From Promethearchaeota archaeon (lineage in GTDB: Archaea; Asgardarchaeota; Lokiarchaeia; Sigyniarchaeales; SOKP01): a stretch of DNA of 54,807 bases. The notes beneath the pieces were generated by a model. That model saw only the letters and a list, made by a program, of their open reading frames with translations. It was not told where the DNA came from and did not search any database. The stretch spans positions 1-54,807 of the forward strand of contig JBHLNZ010000015.1 in the NCBI GenBank assembly GCA_048941015.1, written 5' to 3'. The position numbers were made by a program, and so were the translations under genes. Below are positions 1-9,732 of this stretch, in pieces. Within the stretch, counting starts at the first letter, position 1; every line of letters begins with the position of its first letter.

Positions 1-2222
1 GGACCTATAAATTGAGAATATAATACAGAGTAAGCACGTTGATTGGAAACTACACTTATCATTTCAGCTTCATTTTCAGTTGCTGGGCCGATTATAACCT
101 CTTCTGCATCCCTAGTAAGAGCAAAGAATTCTCCTGATGTGGAAAGCTGTCTGAATTGAATATTACCTAATTGAAGCATTTTCTGTATTATTGTTCCATA
201 TTGACTCATATCCCAGTGACTTGTCAACATAAATCGGACTGCTTTCTTTTGATATGCAAATTCACTTATAACCTGCAATATCTCAGGTATTACATAAGGC
301 ATAACTATAATAATAGATGATTTCACCCTAAAAATTGCATCTTTAATAGCAGCAATTAATGCATCCTTTCCAATTACTTGCCAAGTAGTAATTTCTGAAA
401 TTTCTGGTATTGAACTTGAAGCATCATGGATATCTGATAATTTTGCTTCATTACTTTCAGCTAATTCTGTAGCATCATCAATAGAATTCATAAATTGTAG
501 TGTAAAATCAGCAATAGCATCTTTTATATTTTGGGTTGTGTCACGAGTGGTGTTTGAAAGACTATTTTGTAGAGTTTTAGCACTAGCTTCATATTTAGTC
601 TTATGATCTTGGAGCATCTCACTTAGGTTTCTATCTAAATCCGCTGACTCATCGCCCCATAAATTAATCTCTGTTGTAATCTTTTCAGAAGTGTCTCTCT
701 TTCCGCTAATAAATTTATCATCAACATTTCTTATCCAGCTCTCTTTTATATTTTTTACATCAGAATCAAATTCAGTATAATGTTTCAGTGAAACATCTTT
801 ATGTTGATTAATTGCATCGTCGTATTGGTGATGATGTTGTTTTAATGAGCTCTCCAGGGAATCTTTCAATTTAATAGTGGTATCTGAACAATCTTTTACA
901 CCACTCTGAATTGTAGTGTCAATTTCCCCCGCTAAGTCAGTCGCTAAAGTTTCTAATTGAACATTAATAGTTTCTTGAGCTTTATTATCTAAATCATTTG
1001 TTTCTAACACAACATTATCATTCTCTCTTGTCATTATATTTGTGACATCATCTTTCAATGTATCCGTCGTTCCTCGAGTTTCCTTGATATAAGTATCTGA
1101 AGTATTTGTAAAATCTTCCTTCATAGGCTCTGTATATTTTAAAATATTTTGAATAGTAGTTTCATGTCTTGCTTTATACTTTTTCTTTTTACCGAGCCAA
1201 AAGAATCCTTTCTTTGCCATATCAGCTGAAAAATCAGTAAATCGATTAGCATGTTCTAACAAATTATCAATCAATGTTAACGTCATATTTTTAAAGTCAG
1301 TTGTTTGCTCTGTTAATGTTCTATGTCTGTCTTCAAATGTATTTTTTAATTGAGTTTGAAGTGTATCTGTTGTATTTTTCAAATGGTTGAGATGTTCCTT
1401 TAATAGATTTGATATTCTCTCTTTTAAGTCAGTTACAATTTTATCCATACGCTCCAAGTATTTCTCAAGAATCTGTTCCATCCTCGGTTTGAGGTCGCTA
1501 GCAATTGTCTTATGACGATCTACATGATTATCTAAATCTTTTTTTAACTCTGTTTCTAAATCACTCACTCGAGTACTAAAATCACTCAATAAATCTGAGA
1601 TTAATTTAATTAAATTCTCTTTAGTATTATTAACTTCAGTTTCATTTTCTTTTACTCTTGAATCACTAATATCCTTGAGATTTGAGTTCAAAGTATCCAT
1701 AATCGAATGAATATTTTCTTCTAAACCTTTTGAGGTATCAGTGAATCGATTTCTAGCATTATTAATTCTATCTCTTTTATTATTATTTTTTTCATCAGAA
1801 TCTTTGAAAAAAGATTTAATTTGATTATCTACAGCGTTTTCTACTTCATTAATACTTTTATCTTGAATTGACTCAAGCTTTTCAAATCGGTTTGATTGAT
1901 CTGCTAAGATATTATCTTTTATTTTCGCAATTTCACTTCGAAATGCTTCGGATTCCCCAATATATAATTCAAAAAATGGTTCTAATGGGATAAATCTCTC
2001 AACAATTCCCCCTATTTTTTTGAGAAAACCTTTTTCTACTAACCAATCAGTGACTTCGACAACTTTTTCATATGTAAGACTTTCATGATCTTCCATTAAA
2101 GATACATATACTTCAGAAATAGTTGCTCTTGGTACTCTTAAGTAGACCATATAAATGTTAATCTGCTCCTCAGTAAATCCATACCGAGTAAAAATCTCTT
2201 TGGTAAATTCTTTTAAAGACAT
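1..2222 (-). CDS. TrmB-like regulator: N-terminal wHTH, ~500-aa coiled coil, C-terminal TrmB/PLD-like effector domain (3' end truncated by the window edge; absent from the ORF track)
   Basis: Hand translation from ATG at 2222 is open to the window edge: MSLKEFTKEIFTRYGFTEEQINIYMVYLRVPRATISEVY...LVEKGFLKKIGGIVERFIPLEP (TrmB wHTH-like), a long helical region, then TWQVIGKDALIAAIKDAIFRVKSSIIIVMPY...FALTRDAEEVIIGP (TrmB C-terminal-like). Confidence 0.8.
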   Translation of the reverse strand, partial: MSLKEFTKEIFTRYGFTEEQINIYMVYLRVPRATISEVYVSLMEDHESLTYEKVVEVTDWLVEKGFLKKIGGIVERFIPLEPFFELYIGESEAFRSEIAKIKDNILADQSNRFEKLESIQDKSINEVENAVDNQIKSFFKDSDEKNNNKRDRINNARNRFTDTSKGLEENIHSIMDTLNSNLKDISDSRVKENETEVNNTKENLIKLISDLLSDFSTRVSDLETELKKDLDNHVDRHKTIASDLKPRMEQILEKYLERMDKIVTDLKERISNLLKEHLNHLKNTTDTLQTQLKNTFEDRHRTLTEQTTDFKNMTLTLIDNLLEHANRFTDFSADMAKKGFFWLGKKKKYKARHETTIQNILKYTEPMKEDFTNTSDTYIKETRGTTDTLKDDVTNIMTRENDNVVLETNDLDNKAQETINVQLETLATDLAGEIDTTIQSGVKDCSDTTIKLKDSLESSLKQHHHQYDDAINQHKDVSLKHYTEFDSDVKNIKESWIRNVDDKFISGKRDTSEKITTEINLWGDESADLDRNLSEMLQDHKTKYEASAKTLQNSLSNTTRDTTQNIKDAIADFTLQFMNSIDDATELAESNEAKLSDIHDASSSIPEISEITTWQVIGKDALIAAIKDAIFRVKSSIIIVMPYVIPEILQVISEFAYQKKAVRFMLTSHWDMSQYGTIIQKMLQLGNIQFRQLSTSGEFFALTRDAEEVIIGPATENEAEMISVVSNQRAYSVLYSQFIG

Positions 2223-2402
2223 AAGTTTTTCTCCAACTTTAAGATAACATTTAGTTTAAAATTCTTAACAATATTTTTTAAATATGAATTCCTTATGATA
2301 AATTTTATCATATTTAAATTTCTATAATAAGATCTTTAAAATTATTATATTAAAATTTAAGGATTAGACGACTTAATTTTTTACAATTATTCTCTTTAAC
2401 AA

Positions 2403-2412
2403 TTTTATATAA
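2403..2412 (+). promoter_or_regulatory. Probable TATA box for the 2510-4500 operon
   Basis: TTTTATATAA in the divergent intergenic region. Confidence 0.4.
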
Positions 2413-2437
2413 AAATTTGAAACTGAAATTATAATTG

Positions 2438-2451
2438 GGAATAATTATTCC
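2438..2451. promoter_or_regulatory. Perfect 14-bp palindrome, candidate operator
   Basis: GGAATAATTATTCC, flanked by ATTG...CAAT, ~25 nt downstream of the TATA-like box. Confidence 0.45.
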
Positions 2452-2509
2452 TCAATCCTTTTTATATTGTATTCTTTTAAATAATTCAAACAAGTTTAGG
2501 TTAAAAAAA

Positions 2510-3193
2510 ATGAGAAAAACTAATAAAATTTTATTCGGAACATTTGTTTTTTTGATGATTTTTACTATTGCTACTTCAATTAGTGTTGTTGCTGTTGGAC
2601 CTCCTGATCAAACCGTTGAAGTTCCTGGAGATACCGTTCAAACCCAATTACAAGCAAATATACATTATATGTTTCGATTTCGACAAAGAACTCAACTAAG
2701 ATTCAATGCAAATATAAATTTAGATTTAAATGCTGAATGTGAAGCATTAAGGATAGGAGAAAAAGAATTCCTTATTGAAGTCGAAGCGGAAAATGATTTA
2801 GAAATGAATATGACATGTACTCGAGAAGAAGAACAACTAGGTTTAATGATGGGTTCAACCCATAGGATAAGAAGCAGAAATACTTATAGATATCAAGAAG
2901 GATTTGTTTGTTCGATAGAATGTAATGGTACAATGCTTAAAGCTCGATTAAGAATACAAGCAACTAATCAAAATAGGCTTGGTCAATGGGCATATTATGA
3001 TGAGGCAAATGAAGGATGGGTAACCGTTCCAACAACTGTAGAAGATGGATACTTAACAGCCGAAGTTGATCATTTCTCAACTTGGACAATATTAATGCCA
3101 GATTACACTGTTCTAATCGTTGGAGTAATTATCGGCATCGTTGCTGCCTTAATAGTTATAGCATCAGTAATATATATCAGAAAACGAAAATAA
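2510..3193 (+). CDS. Membrane-anchored surface protein with juxtamembrane HFS motif
   Basis: ATG at 2510 gives a signal peptide (MRKTNKILFGTFVFL...), preferred over the ORF-track TTG at 2435. Beta-rich ectodomain ends ...GWVTVPTTVEDGYLTAEVDHFSTWTIL, then a TM helix and RKRK. Confidence 0.75.
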   Translation: MRKTNKILFGTFVFLMIFTIATSISVVAVGPPDQTVEVPGDTVQTQLQANIHYMFRFRQRTQLRFNANINLDLNAECEALRIGEKEFLIEVEAENDLEMNMTCTREEEQLGLMMGSTHRIRSRNTYRYQEGFVCSIECNGTMLKARLRIQATNQNRLGQWAYYDEANEGWVTVPTTVEDGYLTAEVDHFSTWTILMPDYTVLIVGVIIGIVAALIVIASVIYIRKRK

Positions 3194-3194
3194 A

Positions 3195-3205
3195 TTTTTT
3201 TTTTT
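3195..3205 (+). terminator. Oligo-T tract, possible intra-operon terminator
   Basis: T11 immediately after the stop codon of 2510-3193. Confidence 0.4.
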
Positions 3206-3246
3206 AATTTATATTTATATTAATTAATAGTTTTTAAACGATTGAC

Positions 3247-4500
3247 GTGAAAGGATTAAATTTTTTAAATATAAAATCTAAGAAATTATTTTTTTTAACA
3301 TTTCTATTTATAATTTTATCATCTAATTTTACAACATTGGTTTCAGGTAGGGTAGTAAATGTTGGAGATTATTCAGTTAGCGATTTAGTTTATCCTAATG
3401 AGACAGTTCAATATAATTTTCTTAACAATATTACATTTGAAATTTCTACTGATTCTTTAATAGATCTTGAAATTGAGTATGAAAATCGAATTGAAAATCG
3501 ACAGATTTATTTTATTATCAATAATACTCAATCTATTTATCTCAATATCTCCTCTAAGATAAGTATGGGAAATTTTGGAATAATGAAACCTCCTCAAAAC
3601 CCGAAAAAGAGAGATTTTCAATATCAATATAGATATAGTTGTATTTTTAAAATTAGAACTAATATAAGCATAGATCACTTGACTATTCAGAGTAAAAAGA
3701 AAACTCAATTCGGATTAGATCCTAATAAAGCTTATTCTTTAGCTATCTTCGAATCTTCTAAAGATTCATGGCAACTTATTTCTACATTAGATCAAACTAA
3801 TGAAACAGAGAGTTCTCTAACTAGTTCGATTACTTCTTTACAGGCAAACACAGATTATTATATAACCTTTTTTGAAATCACCGAAGTATTTAATAATTGG
3901 ATTTGGGTTCTTATAATACTCATCTCTTCAGTAGTAATTGCTTCAATAGTTATTTTAATTTCAAAAAAAGACTACTTTCAATATTTAAAAACAAGAACAG
4001 TCCCAATTGAAAAAGGTGCTCACCGTCTGAGCTTAGAAGAAGTATTAGAAAATGAAAATAGAAATAAGATAATCGAACTCATTCTAAATGAGCCAGGTAT
4101 CCATTTTAATGAGCTATTAAGAAGAACTGAAATTGCAGCAGGCAACTTAGTTTGGCATTTAGACATCTTAGAAACATATAAAGTGATAGGGAAGAAACGA
4201 ATTGGAAAATTTATAGCATATTTTCCATACTATCAAAAAAATCCTGTTTCAAATATAGATCTTAAATTGAGTAAAAGTAAATTGACACTAGAAATTTTAG
4301 AAATGATAGAAAAAGAACCTGGACTCTGGGGTAACAAAATAACTAAACATTTTAAAGTAGATCATAAAACAATTCAATACCATGTAAATAAATTAAAAGA
4401 ACTCAATTTGATAAATTTCAGGAAGGAAGGCAGAAAAAAGAAAATATATATTAATTTAGATTCTGAATATTTTCAAAATTCAAAGGAAGACAATATTTAG
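3247..4500 (+). CDS. Membrane-tethered transcription regulator (ectodomain, TM, tandem wHTH)
   Basis: Signal peptide; ectodomain alignable to the upstream protein; TM WIWVLIILISSVVIASIVILI; wHTH motifs RNKIIELILNEPGIHFNEL...LVWHLDILE and EILEMIEKEPG...TIQYHVNKLKE. Confidence 0.85.
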   Translation: MKGLNFLNIKSKKLFFLTFLFIILSSNFTTLVSGRVVNVGDYSVSDLVYPNETVQYNFLNNITFEISTDSLIDLEIEYENRIENRQIYFIINNTQSIYLNISSKISMGNFGIMKPPQNPKKRDFQYQYRYSCIFKIRTNISIDHLTIQSKKKTQFGLDPNKAYSLAIFESSKDSWQLISTLDQTNETESSLTSSITSLQANTDYYITFFEITEVFNNWIWVLIILISSVVIASIVILISKKDYFQYLKTRTVPIEKGAHRLSLEEVLENENRNKIIELILNEPGIHFNELLRRTEIAAGNLVWHLDILETYKVIGKKRIGKFIAYFPYYQKNPVSNIDLKLSKSKLTLEILEMIEKEPGLWGNKITKHFKVDHKTIQYHVNKLKELNLINFRKEGRKKKIYINLDSEYFQNSKEDNI

Positions 4501-4682
4501 AGCGTAGATATCCATATGTTAATCTGAGGTCCAAAAATAATTAATAATATAAACAATATAAAAACTGTTATTACAATTAAACTTCCAAAATTAAATTTAA
4601 AACTCACTCTTATATTTTGTGCCCGTTCAGAAAATTCTCTTGCTTTTGCTTTATAAAAAGCTTTTAAACCTTTTGATGTCAT
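4497..4682 (-). CDS. Small single-TM hypothetical protein
   Basis: Fills an intergenic gap; basic N-terminus plus hydrophobic helix; only 13 bp from the divergent nitroreductase start, so it may be spurious. Confidence 0.4.
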   Translation of the reverse strand: MTSKGLKAFYKAKAREFSERAQNIRVSFKFNFGSLIVITVFILFILLIIFGPQINIWISTL

Positions 4683-4695
4683 ATTTAGAATTAAT

Positions 4696-5199
4696 ATGAT
4701 TGAACCTGAAATTTTGTTAGATTTTTTAAAGAGTAGGAGAAGTATTAGAAATTATCAAGATAAAACAATCTCCGAGAAAGAAATAAATATGATTCTTGAA
4801 GCTGGAAGATGGGCTCCCAGTGCTTCTAACCGACAACCCTGGGAATTTATCGTTATAAAAGAACGAGAATTTATCAATAAAATTGCAAAAACTGCATCAT
4901 ATGGAAGGTTTATTAAACAAGCATCAGTAGTAATAGCTATTATTGGAAAGACAAAAATTAGTCCTAAATGGTATATAATAGATACAGCTTTAGTTACAAT
5001 GAATATGATGTTAATAGCATATTCTATGGGTATCGGAACTTGTTGGATCGGTACAATGGATAGAGATAAGGCAAAGAAAATCCTTGAATTGCATAATGAT
5101 GATTATGTAGTCACAATATTACCTTTTGGCTATATTAAAGGTGATATTCCAGCACCTACACGGAGGAAATCTTTAAAAGAAATAGTAAAAGAAATTTAA
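4696..5199 (+). CDS. Nitroreductase family protein
   Basis: SRRSIRNY, APSASNRQPWEF, GIGTCWIG motifs. Confidence 0.93.
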   Translation: MIEPEILLDFLKSRRSIRNYQDKTISEKEINMILEAGRWAPSASNRQPWEFIVIKEREFINKIAKTASYGRFIKQASVVIAIIGKTKISPKWYIIDTALVTMNMMLIAYSMGIGTCWIGTMDRDKAKKILELHNDDYVVTILPFGYIKGDIPAPTRRKSLKEIVKEI

Positions 5200-5204
5200 G
5201 TTTA

Positions 5205-6374
5205 TTATGTTTTTATTATTAATTCTTCTAAGGTCTCTGGAGCTTTAGATAATTTCATATAACCTTCTTCAGTAATTAACACTGTATCTGAATGTCGAAA
5301 ACCTCCCATTCCAGGTATATAGATACCAGGCTCAACGCTTATTAACATATTTTCTTTTAATTTGCGATTATAACCTTCTGCTAAAAAAGGTGCTTCGTGA
5401 CCAGTTATACCAAGGCCATGCCCAGTTCGATGTATAATATATTTTCCATATCCTTCATCTGAAATAAATTTTCTAACTTTTTTGTCTACATCTCCCATTA
5501 TAACCCCAGGTTTTAGAAGAGAATATGCTAATTCTCTTGCCTTAATCATTACCTGAAATAGTTTCTTAGTTTTTTCAGGAATCTCACCTAAAAAGAATGT
5601 TCTTTCAATTTCCACTCCATAACCATCCACTTGAGCATATACAATTGATACATGAGGTCCTCCTTTTTCCATAGGAGCAAAAATTTTAGGAATTATATGA
5701 GGATCATGTGAAAATGAAGGAGGCCATACAGCTGCAGTAGTTTTACACACAATAAAATTTGCTTCAGGGATATCTTGTATTATTTTGGAAGTCATTAATC
5801 CTGTTATCTTTTGATAAATTGCAAATTCTGGAACCCCAGGGCGGCAGATATTGAGCAATTCCTTGTGTCCTTTATTAATGACTTTGCAAGCATGAACACT
5901 CCTTCCTATTTCATAATCAGTCTTTATTATTCGAATCTCATCAATAATATCCGTAACGATTTTTTTACCAGGTGTCTTTTCTGCAATTCCGGTTGGCATA
6001 GCTGATTCAATTCCAACCGTTTTATCGTTAGAAATTAATTTTTGATATTTATCATACCAATTTTCTCCCTTAGGAGCTGGAAATTCATAATAATCGATAA
6101 ATTGAAGTTCACATAAAGATCTTGATTCAACATGACTTCTTTCTAATAAGGGGACTATCATTTTTGGTATGCCTTCTTTTTCTATGATTAATATAAATGG
6201 TCTCTCATGCACATTATTAGCAAAATTTGTTAAATAATAGATATTGACAGGATCAAAAGAAACAACATAATCCAAGTCCTGCATTCTCATTAAATTTCTT
6301 ACACTTTCTAATCGATTTTCTAATTCTTTCTCACTTGGAGGTGTTTTGATAGGTTTTATTTTCATAAGCACCAA
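5205..6374 (-). CDS. Xaa-Pro peptidase / creatinase-prolidase family (M24B)
   Basis: HRTGHGLGITGHEAP and SVEPGIYIPGMGGFRHSDT motifs. Confidence 0.9.
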   Translation of the reverse strand: MVLMKIKPIKTPPSEKELENRLESVRNLMRMQDLDYVVSFDPVNIYYLTNFANNVHERPFILIIEKEGIPKMIVPLLERSHVESRSLCELQFIDYYEFPAPKGENWYDKYQKLISNDKTVGIESAMPTGIAEKTPGKKIVTDIIDEIRIIKTDYEIGRSVHACKVINKGHKELLNICRPGVPEFAIYQKITGLMTSKIIQDIPEANFIVCKTTAAVWPPSFSHDPHIIPKIFAPMEKGGPHVSIVYAQVDGYGVEIERTFFLGEIPEKTKKLFQVMIKARELAYSLLKPGVIMGDVDKKVRKFISDEGYGKYIIHRTGHGLGITGHEAPFLAEGYNRKLKENMLISVEPGIYIPGMGGFRHSDTVLITEEGYMKLSKAPETLEELIIKT

Positions 6375-6459
6375 TCCATTTAATTTTTTTATAATTTTTT
6401 ATATAATCATTAAATTAAGAAATATTAATAAAATAAATAGTGAAAGGGAAAAAAAGAGT

Positions 6460-7242
6460 CTATTCTTTTTTTACAAATTTTTCAAGCCTTTTCTTCAACT
6501 CTGCAGATTGCCCGGTAGTTATCATAGCTATAGATTCACGTGAGAGTACAGATTCAATATTTAAGTCTTGATTTTCATTAATAAATTGCTTTGTATATCT
6601 CAGAGCGAGATGGTCTTTAGAAATGATCATATTTGCCGTTTTTTTTAATATTCTATTTAAACTTGCAGGTGGACATACCTGATTAACTAATCCCATATTT
6701 AACGCTTCCTCAGCAGAAATTTCATTACCCATTATCATTAATTGTTTTGCTCGACCTTCTCCGATGATTCTTGGCAAAATCTTCGTAGAAGCATTTGAAA
6801 AGAAAAGTCCTACTCCCACTTCTGGAAGCATTATTCTAGTATCTGTTGCTGCTATTCGAATATCACATGCTAATGTGTGTTCAAAACCTCCACCGATGAC
6901 CCATCCATGGTATCCTACAATAATTATTCCTGGATGTGCTAACATCGTTCTTGTTAATATTTGCCATGATTCTAAAAATTCAACGGCCTCATCTAATCTT
7001 GTTTTACTAGTCAGAAGTTCATATCCATATTTTAAATCTGCTCCAACAGTAAAATGCTTTCCATTAGCACAATAAATAATACATACATCTTCATTTTTAG
7101 TACTCAGTTTAAAAGTTTCTATTAACTTTTTAAGAACTTGAAGAGTTATAGTGTTTCTTTGTTCTGGTTTATTTAGGGTAATTGTACCAATATCTCCTTC
7201 TTTTTCATATAACACAATATCTTCCATTTTATTTCTCACCAA
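6460..7242 (-). CDS. Enoyl-CoA hydratase/isomerase family
   Basis: ITLNKPEQRN, FTVGADL, GGGFE...CDIRIA, PEVGVG. Confidence 0.92.
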   Translation of the reverse strand: MVRNKMEDIVLYEKEGDIGTITLNKPEQRNTITLQVLKKLIETFKLSTKNEDVCIIYCANGKHFTVGADLKYGYELLTSKTRLDEAVEFLESWQILTRTMLAHPGIIIVGYHGWVIGGGFEHTLACDIRIAATDTRIMLPEVGVGLFFSNASTKILPRIIGEGRAKQLMIMGNEISAEEALNMGLVNQVCPPASLNRILKKTANMIISKDHLALRYTKQFINENQDLNIESVLSRESIAMITTGQSAELKKRLEKFVKKE

Positions 7243-7380
7243 ATGACTCTTAATAATCTTTTACAATAAATTGATTTGTTCAATATATATAGGAATTAAA
7301 ATTTTATTATCTATGATTTAAAAAGTGTTTAAAATGAATCCTCTTTATTTAAACTAAATAGAAATTTTAGGAGTTAGAAA

Positions 7381-8880
7381 ATGGTCTTAGAAAATTTAAA
7401 ACCTAGAATTGTATGGAAAATTTTTGAAGAGATTGTAACAAATACCCCTAGACCTTCAGGTAAAGAAGACAAAATTAGGGAAAAAATTAAAAATTGGGTA
7501 GTTAAGGTAGCTGAGGATCATAATTTTAAGATTGAGATTTTAGAAGATAAAATAGGTAATTTATTTATTAAAAAGCCAGGAACTGAAGATATGGTAACAT
7601 GTTCACCCATTCTTCTCCAAGCGCATTTAGATATGGTATGTGAAACTGATAGAACTGAAGGATATGAATTTGAAGATCTTGGGATTCCTATAAGAATTCA
7701 AGAAAATAAGGAATGGATTGATGCTGATGGGACTACACTTGGAGCTGATAATGGAATAGGACTTGCTTTAGCTTTAGCACTTTTAATTGATCAAACCATT
7801 CAATCTCATTGTCCTATTGAAGTTTTATTAACTGTAAATGAAGAAGATGGTTTCGATGGTGCTACTTTATTAGATCCTTCTATTCTTAATATAAAGAGTA
7901 AATTAATGATTAATTTAGACGGCGGACCTTTAGGAACAGTTGTAATTGGCTCAGTTTGTGGAAGAAGAATAAGATTTTCAAAGAAATTTAAGTGGATTGA
8001 GTACAAAGAAAGTGATAATTTACAATTTTATGATTTAAAAGTAAATGGGTTACTAAGTGGGCATTCAGGAGAAGATATTAACTTACCAAGAGCAAATGCA
8101 AACAAATTAGTGAGCAGAATACTGTCAAAAATTTCTCAAGAATTAAAAATTTATCTCTCTAAATGGCAAGGCGGAACTAAAACAAATGTTATTCCCGCTG
8201 AATCCATAATTAAGTTTGGCATAAATATTAAAGATATAGATAAATTTGAACATTTAATTCAAAACGAGATTTCGTCAATCTATGAATATTATGAAAAATT
8301 CGAACCAAAAATTAAAATTGAATACAATCAAATTACTCCTAAAAATTATCTTTCAAATGAAGATTCGATTATATTGCTATCAACAGCTAATTTAATCCCT
8401 CATGGAGTAATTAGAAAATCTCATATTTATGAAGATTTTGTAGAATCTTCAAATAATTTTGCTGTTGTAAATACAGAAAAAAGTAATGAAATTTTTTGGA
8501 TTTATCCACGTAGTATAATTAGGAGTGAATTAGAATCATTTTGTGTTTCTATGAAACAATTAGCCGTGTTTGGGGGTTGGAGAGTTTTTTTAAAGCCTAT
8601 ACTGCCTGAATGGTTGCCTGATCTGAATTCAAAATTTTTAAAATTCGTAATAAATCAATATAAAGATTTAATGAGTGAACCAATAAAGACTAATATCGTT
8701 CATGGGGGATTAGAAACAGGAATGATAAGTACTAGGATACCCGATCTCCAGATGGTCTCTCTCGGCCCCACAATGGAAAACCTACATTCTCCTAGTGAAA
8801 GATTAAAGATATACGATGTTGGAATTTTATATGAATTACTTAAAAAAATTACATCAAACCTTAAAGAATTAAAGCTTTGA
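7381..8880 (+). CDS. pepD: Aminoacyl-histidine dipeptidase (M20C, PepD-like)
   Basis: LQAHLDMVCE, GTTLGADNGIG, NEEDG, GHSG, HGGLETG, HSPSE. Confidence 0.88.
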   Translation: MVLENLKPRIVWKIFEEIVTNTPRPSGKEDKIREKIKNWVVKVAEDHNFKIEILEDKIGNLFIKKPGTEDMVTCSPILLQAHLDMVCETDRTEGYEFEDLGIPIRIQENKEWIDADGTTLGADNGIGLALALALLIDQTIQSHCPIEVLLTVNEEDGFDGATLLDPSILNIKSKLMINLDGGPLGTVVIGSVCGRRIRFSKKFKWIEYKESDNLQFYDLKVNGLLSGHSGEDINLPRANANKLVSRILSKISQELKIYLSKWQGGTKTNVIPAESIIKFGINIKDIDKFEHLIQNEISSIYEYYEKFEPKIKIEYNQITPKNYLSNEDSIILLSTANLIPHGVIRKSHIYEDFVESSNNFAVVNTEKSNEIFWIYPRSIIRSELESFCVSMKQLAVFGGWRVFLKPILPEWLPDLNSKFLKFVINQYKDLMSEPIKTNIVHGGLETGMISTRIPDLQMVSLGPTMENLHSPSERLKIYDVGILYELLKKITSNLKELKL

Positions 8881-9639
8881 GATTACAGGATTCTTAAAAG
8901 AACAAGGAACTATGCTTATACATTTTCCACAAACGTCAGCAAAGCCTAAATTAGAGTAAGCTTTTGCATTTTCTAAACAAATTTCAAAGCATCTATGCCT
9001 ATCAAATTTTTCCAATGTTAAAGCACCAAATTTGCAATTTTCAACGCATTTTGAGCACGATTTATTATAATAATGCAAGCAATATACCTTCTCTCTCTTT
9101 TTTATTGGTTCAATTTTTACTGAAGTAATTATACTTCCGATTCTCCCACAACACCCATTGTCAGTAATTAACATTTTATGAAGCCCAAAATTACCAAGAC
9201 CTGCAATATAGCCTACATGTTTATGTGACCAATCACTTATTAATCTTTTTTTACTAAAATTATGAGTAGGTGGCATTTTTACTGATTTAAAACCAAGAAA
9301 TTTCAACTTTTCCTCAATCATGAAATTTAGTTTCAAAATTAGATCATTAGTCTCTAAATAGGATATTACCCATTCTTTTGAGCTTATTCTACCTTTCTCA
9401 TTAGTTTTAACCATTTCTTTTTTAAACGGAATGAAATAAACAATAACTGTATTAGCGTTTTTTAACAATTCCAAAGGATGTTTATGTGTTTTGCCAATTA
9501 CCGTTTTCATTTTAAGAAACAACGGATCTGTAGCACTTGCGAAACCAATTAATGGTTCATCCCATTCTGTAAACGTTTGATTGCTAATTTTAAAATCCCT
9601 AACATAATTTTTAATCCAGATCTTTATTTTTTCTTTCAA
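8869..9639 (-). CDS. QueG-like (epoxyqueuosine reductase family) Fe-S protein
   Basis: WSHKHVGYIAGLGNFG, GRIGSIIT, CSKCVENC and CGKC cluster motifs. Confidence 0.8.
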   Translation of the reverse strand: MKEKIKIWIKNYVRDFKISNQTFTEWDEPLIGFASATDPLFLKMKTVIGKTHKHPLELLKNANTVIVYFIPFKKEMVKTNEKGRISSKEWVISYLETNDLILKLNFMIEEKLKFLGFKSVKMPPTHNFSKKRLISDWSHKHVGYIAGLGNFGLHKMLITDNGCCGRIGSIITSVKIEPIKKREKVYCLHYYNKSCSKCVENCKFGALTLEKFDRHRCFEICLENAKAYSNLGFADVCGKCISIVPCSFKNPVISKL

Positions 9640-9732
9640 GATTATTGGAGATTTTAATTCATTTTAGAATAAATAAAGTTATTTTAACGGTATTTAATAA
9701 ATTTTTATTATTGAATTTAATTAAGTTATAAT

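Noticed and set aside
4497-4682. Faint Sec61-beta-like look (GLKAFY...TM)
   Set aside because: The KIxP motif is absent and the spacing is wrong; kept only as a hypothetical protein.
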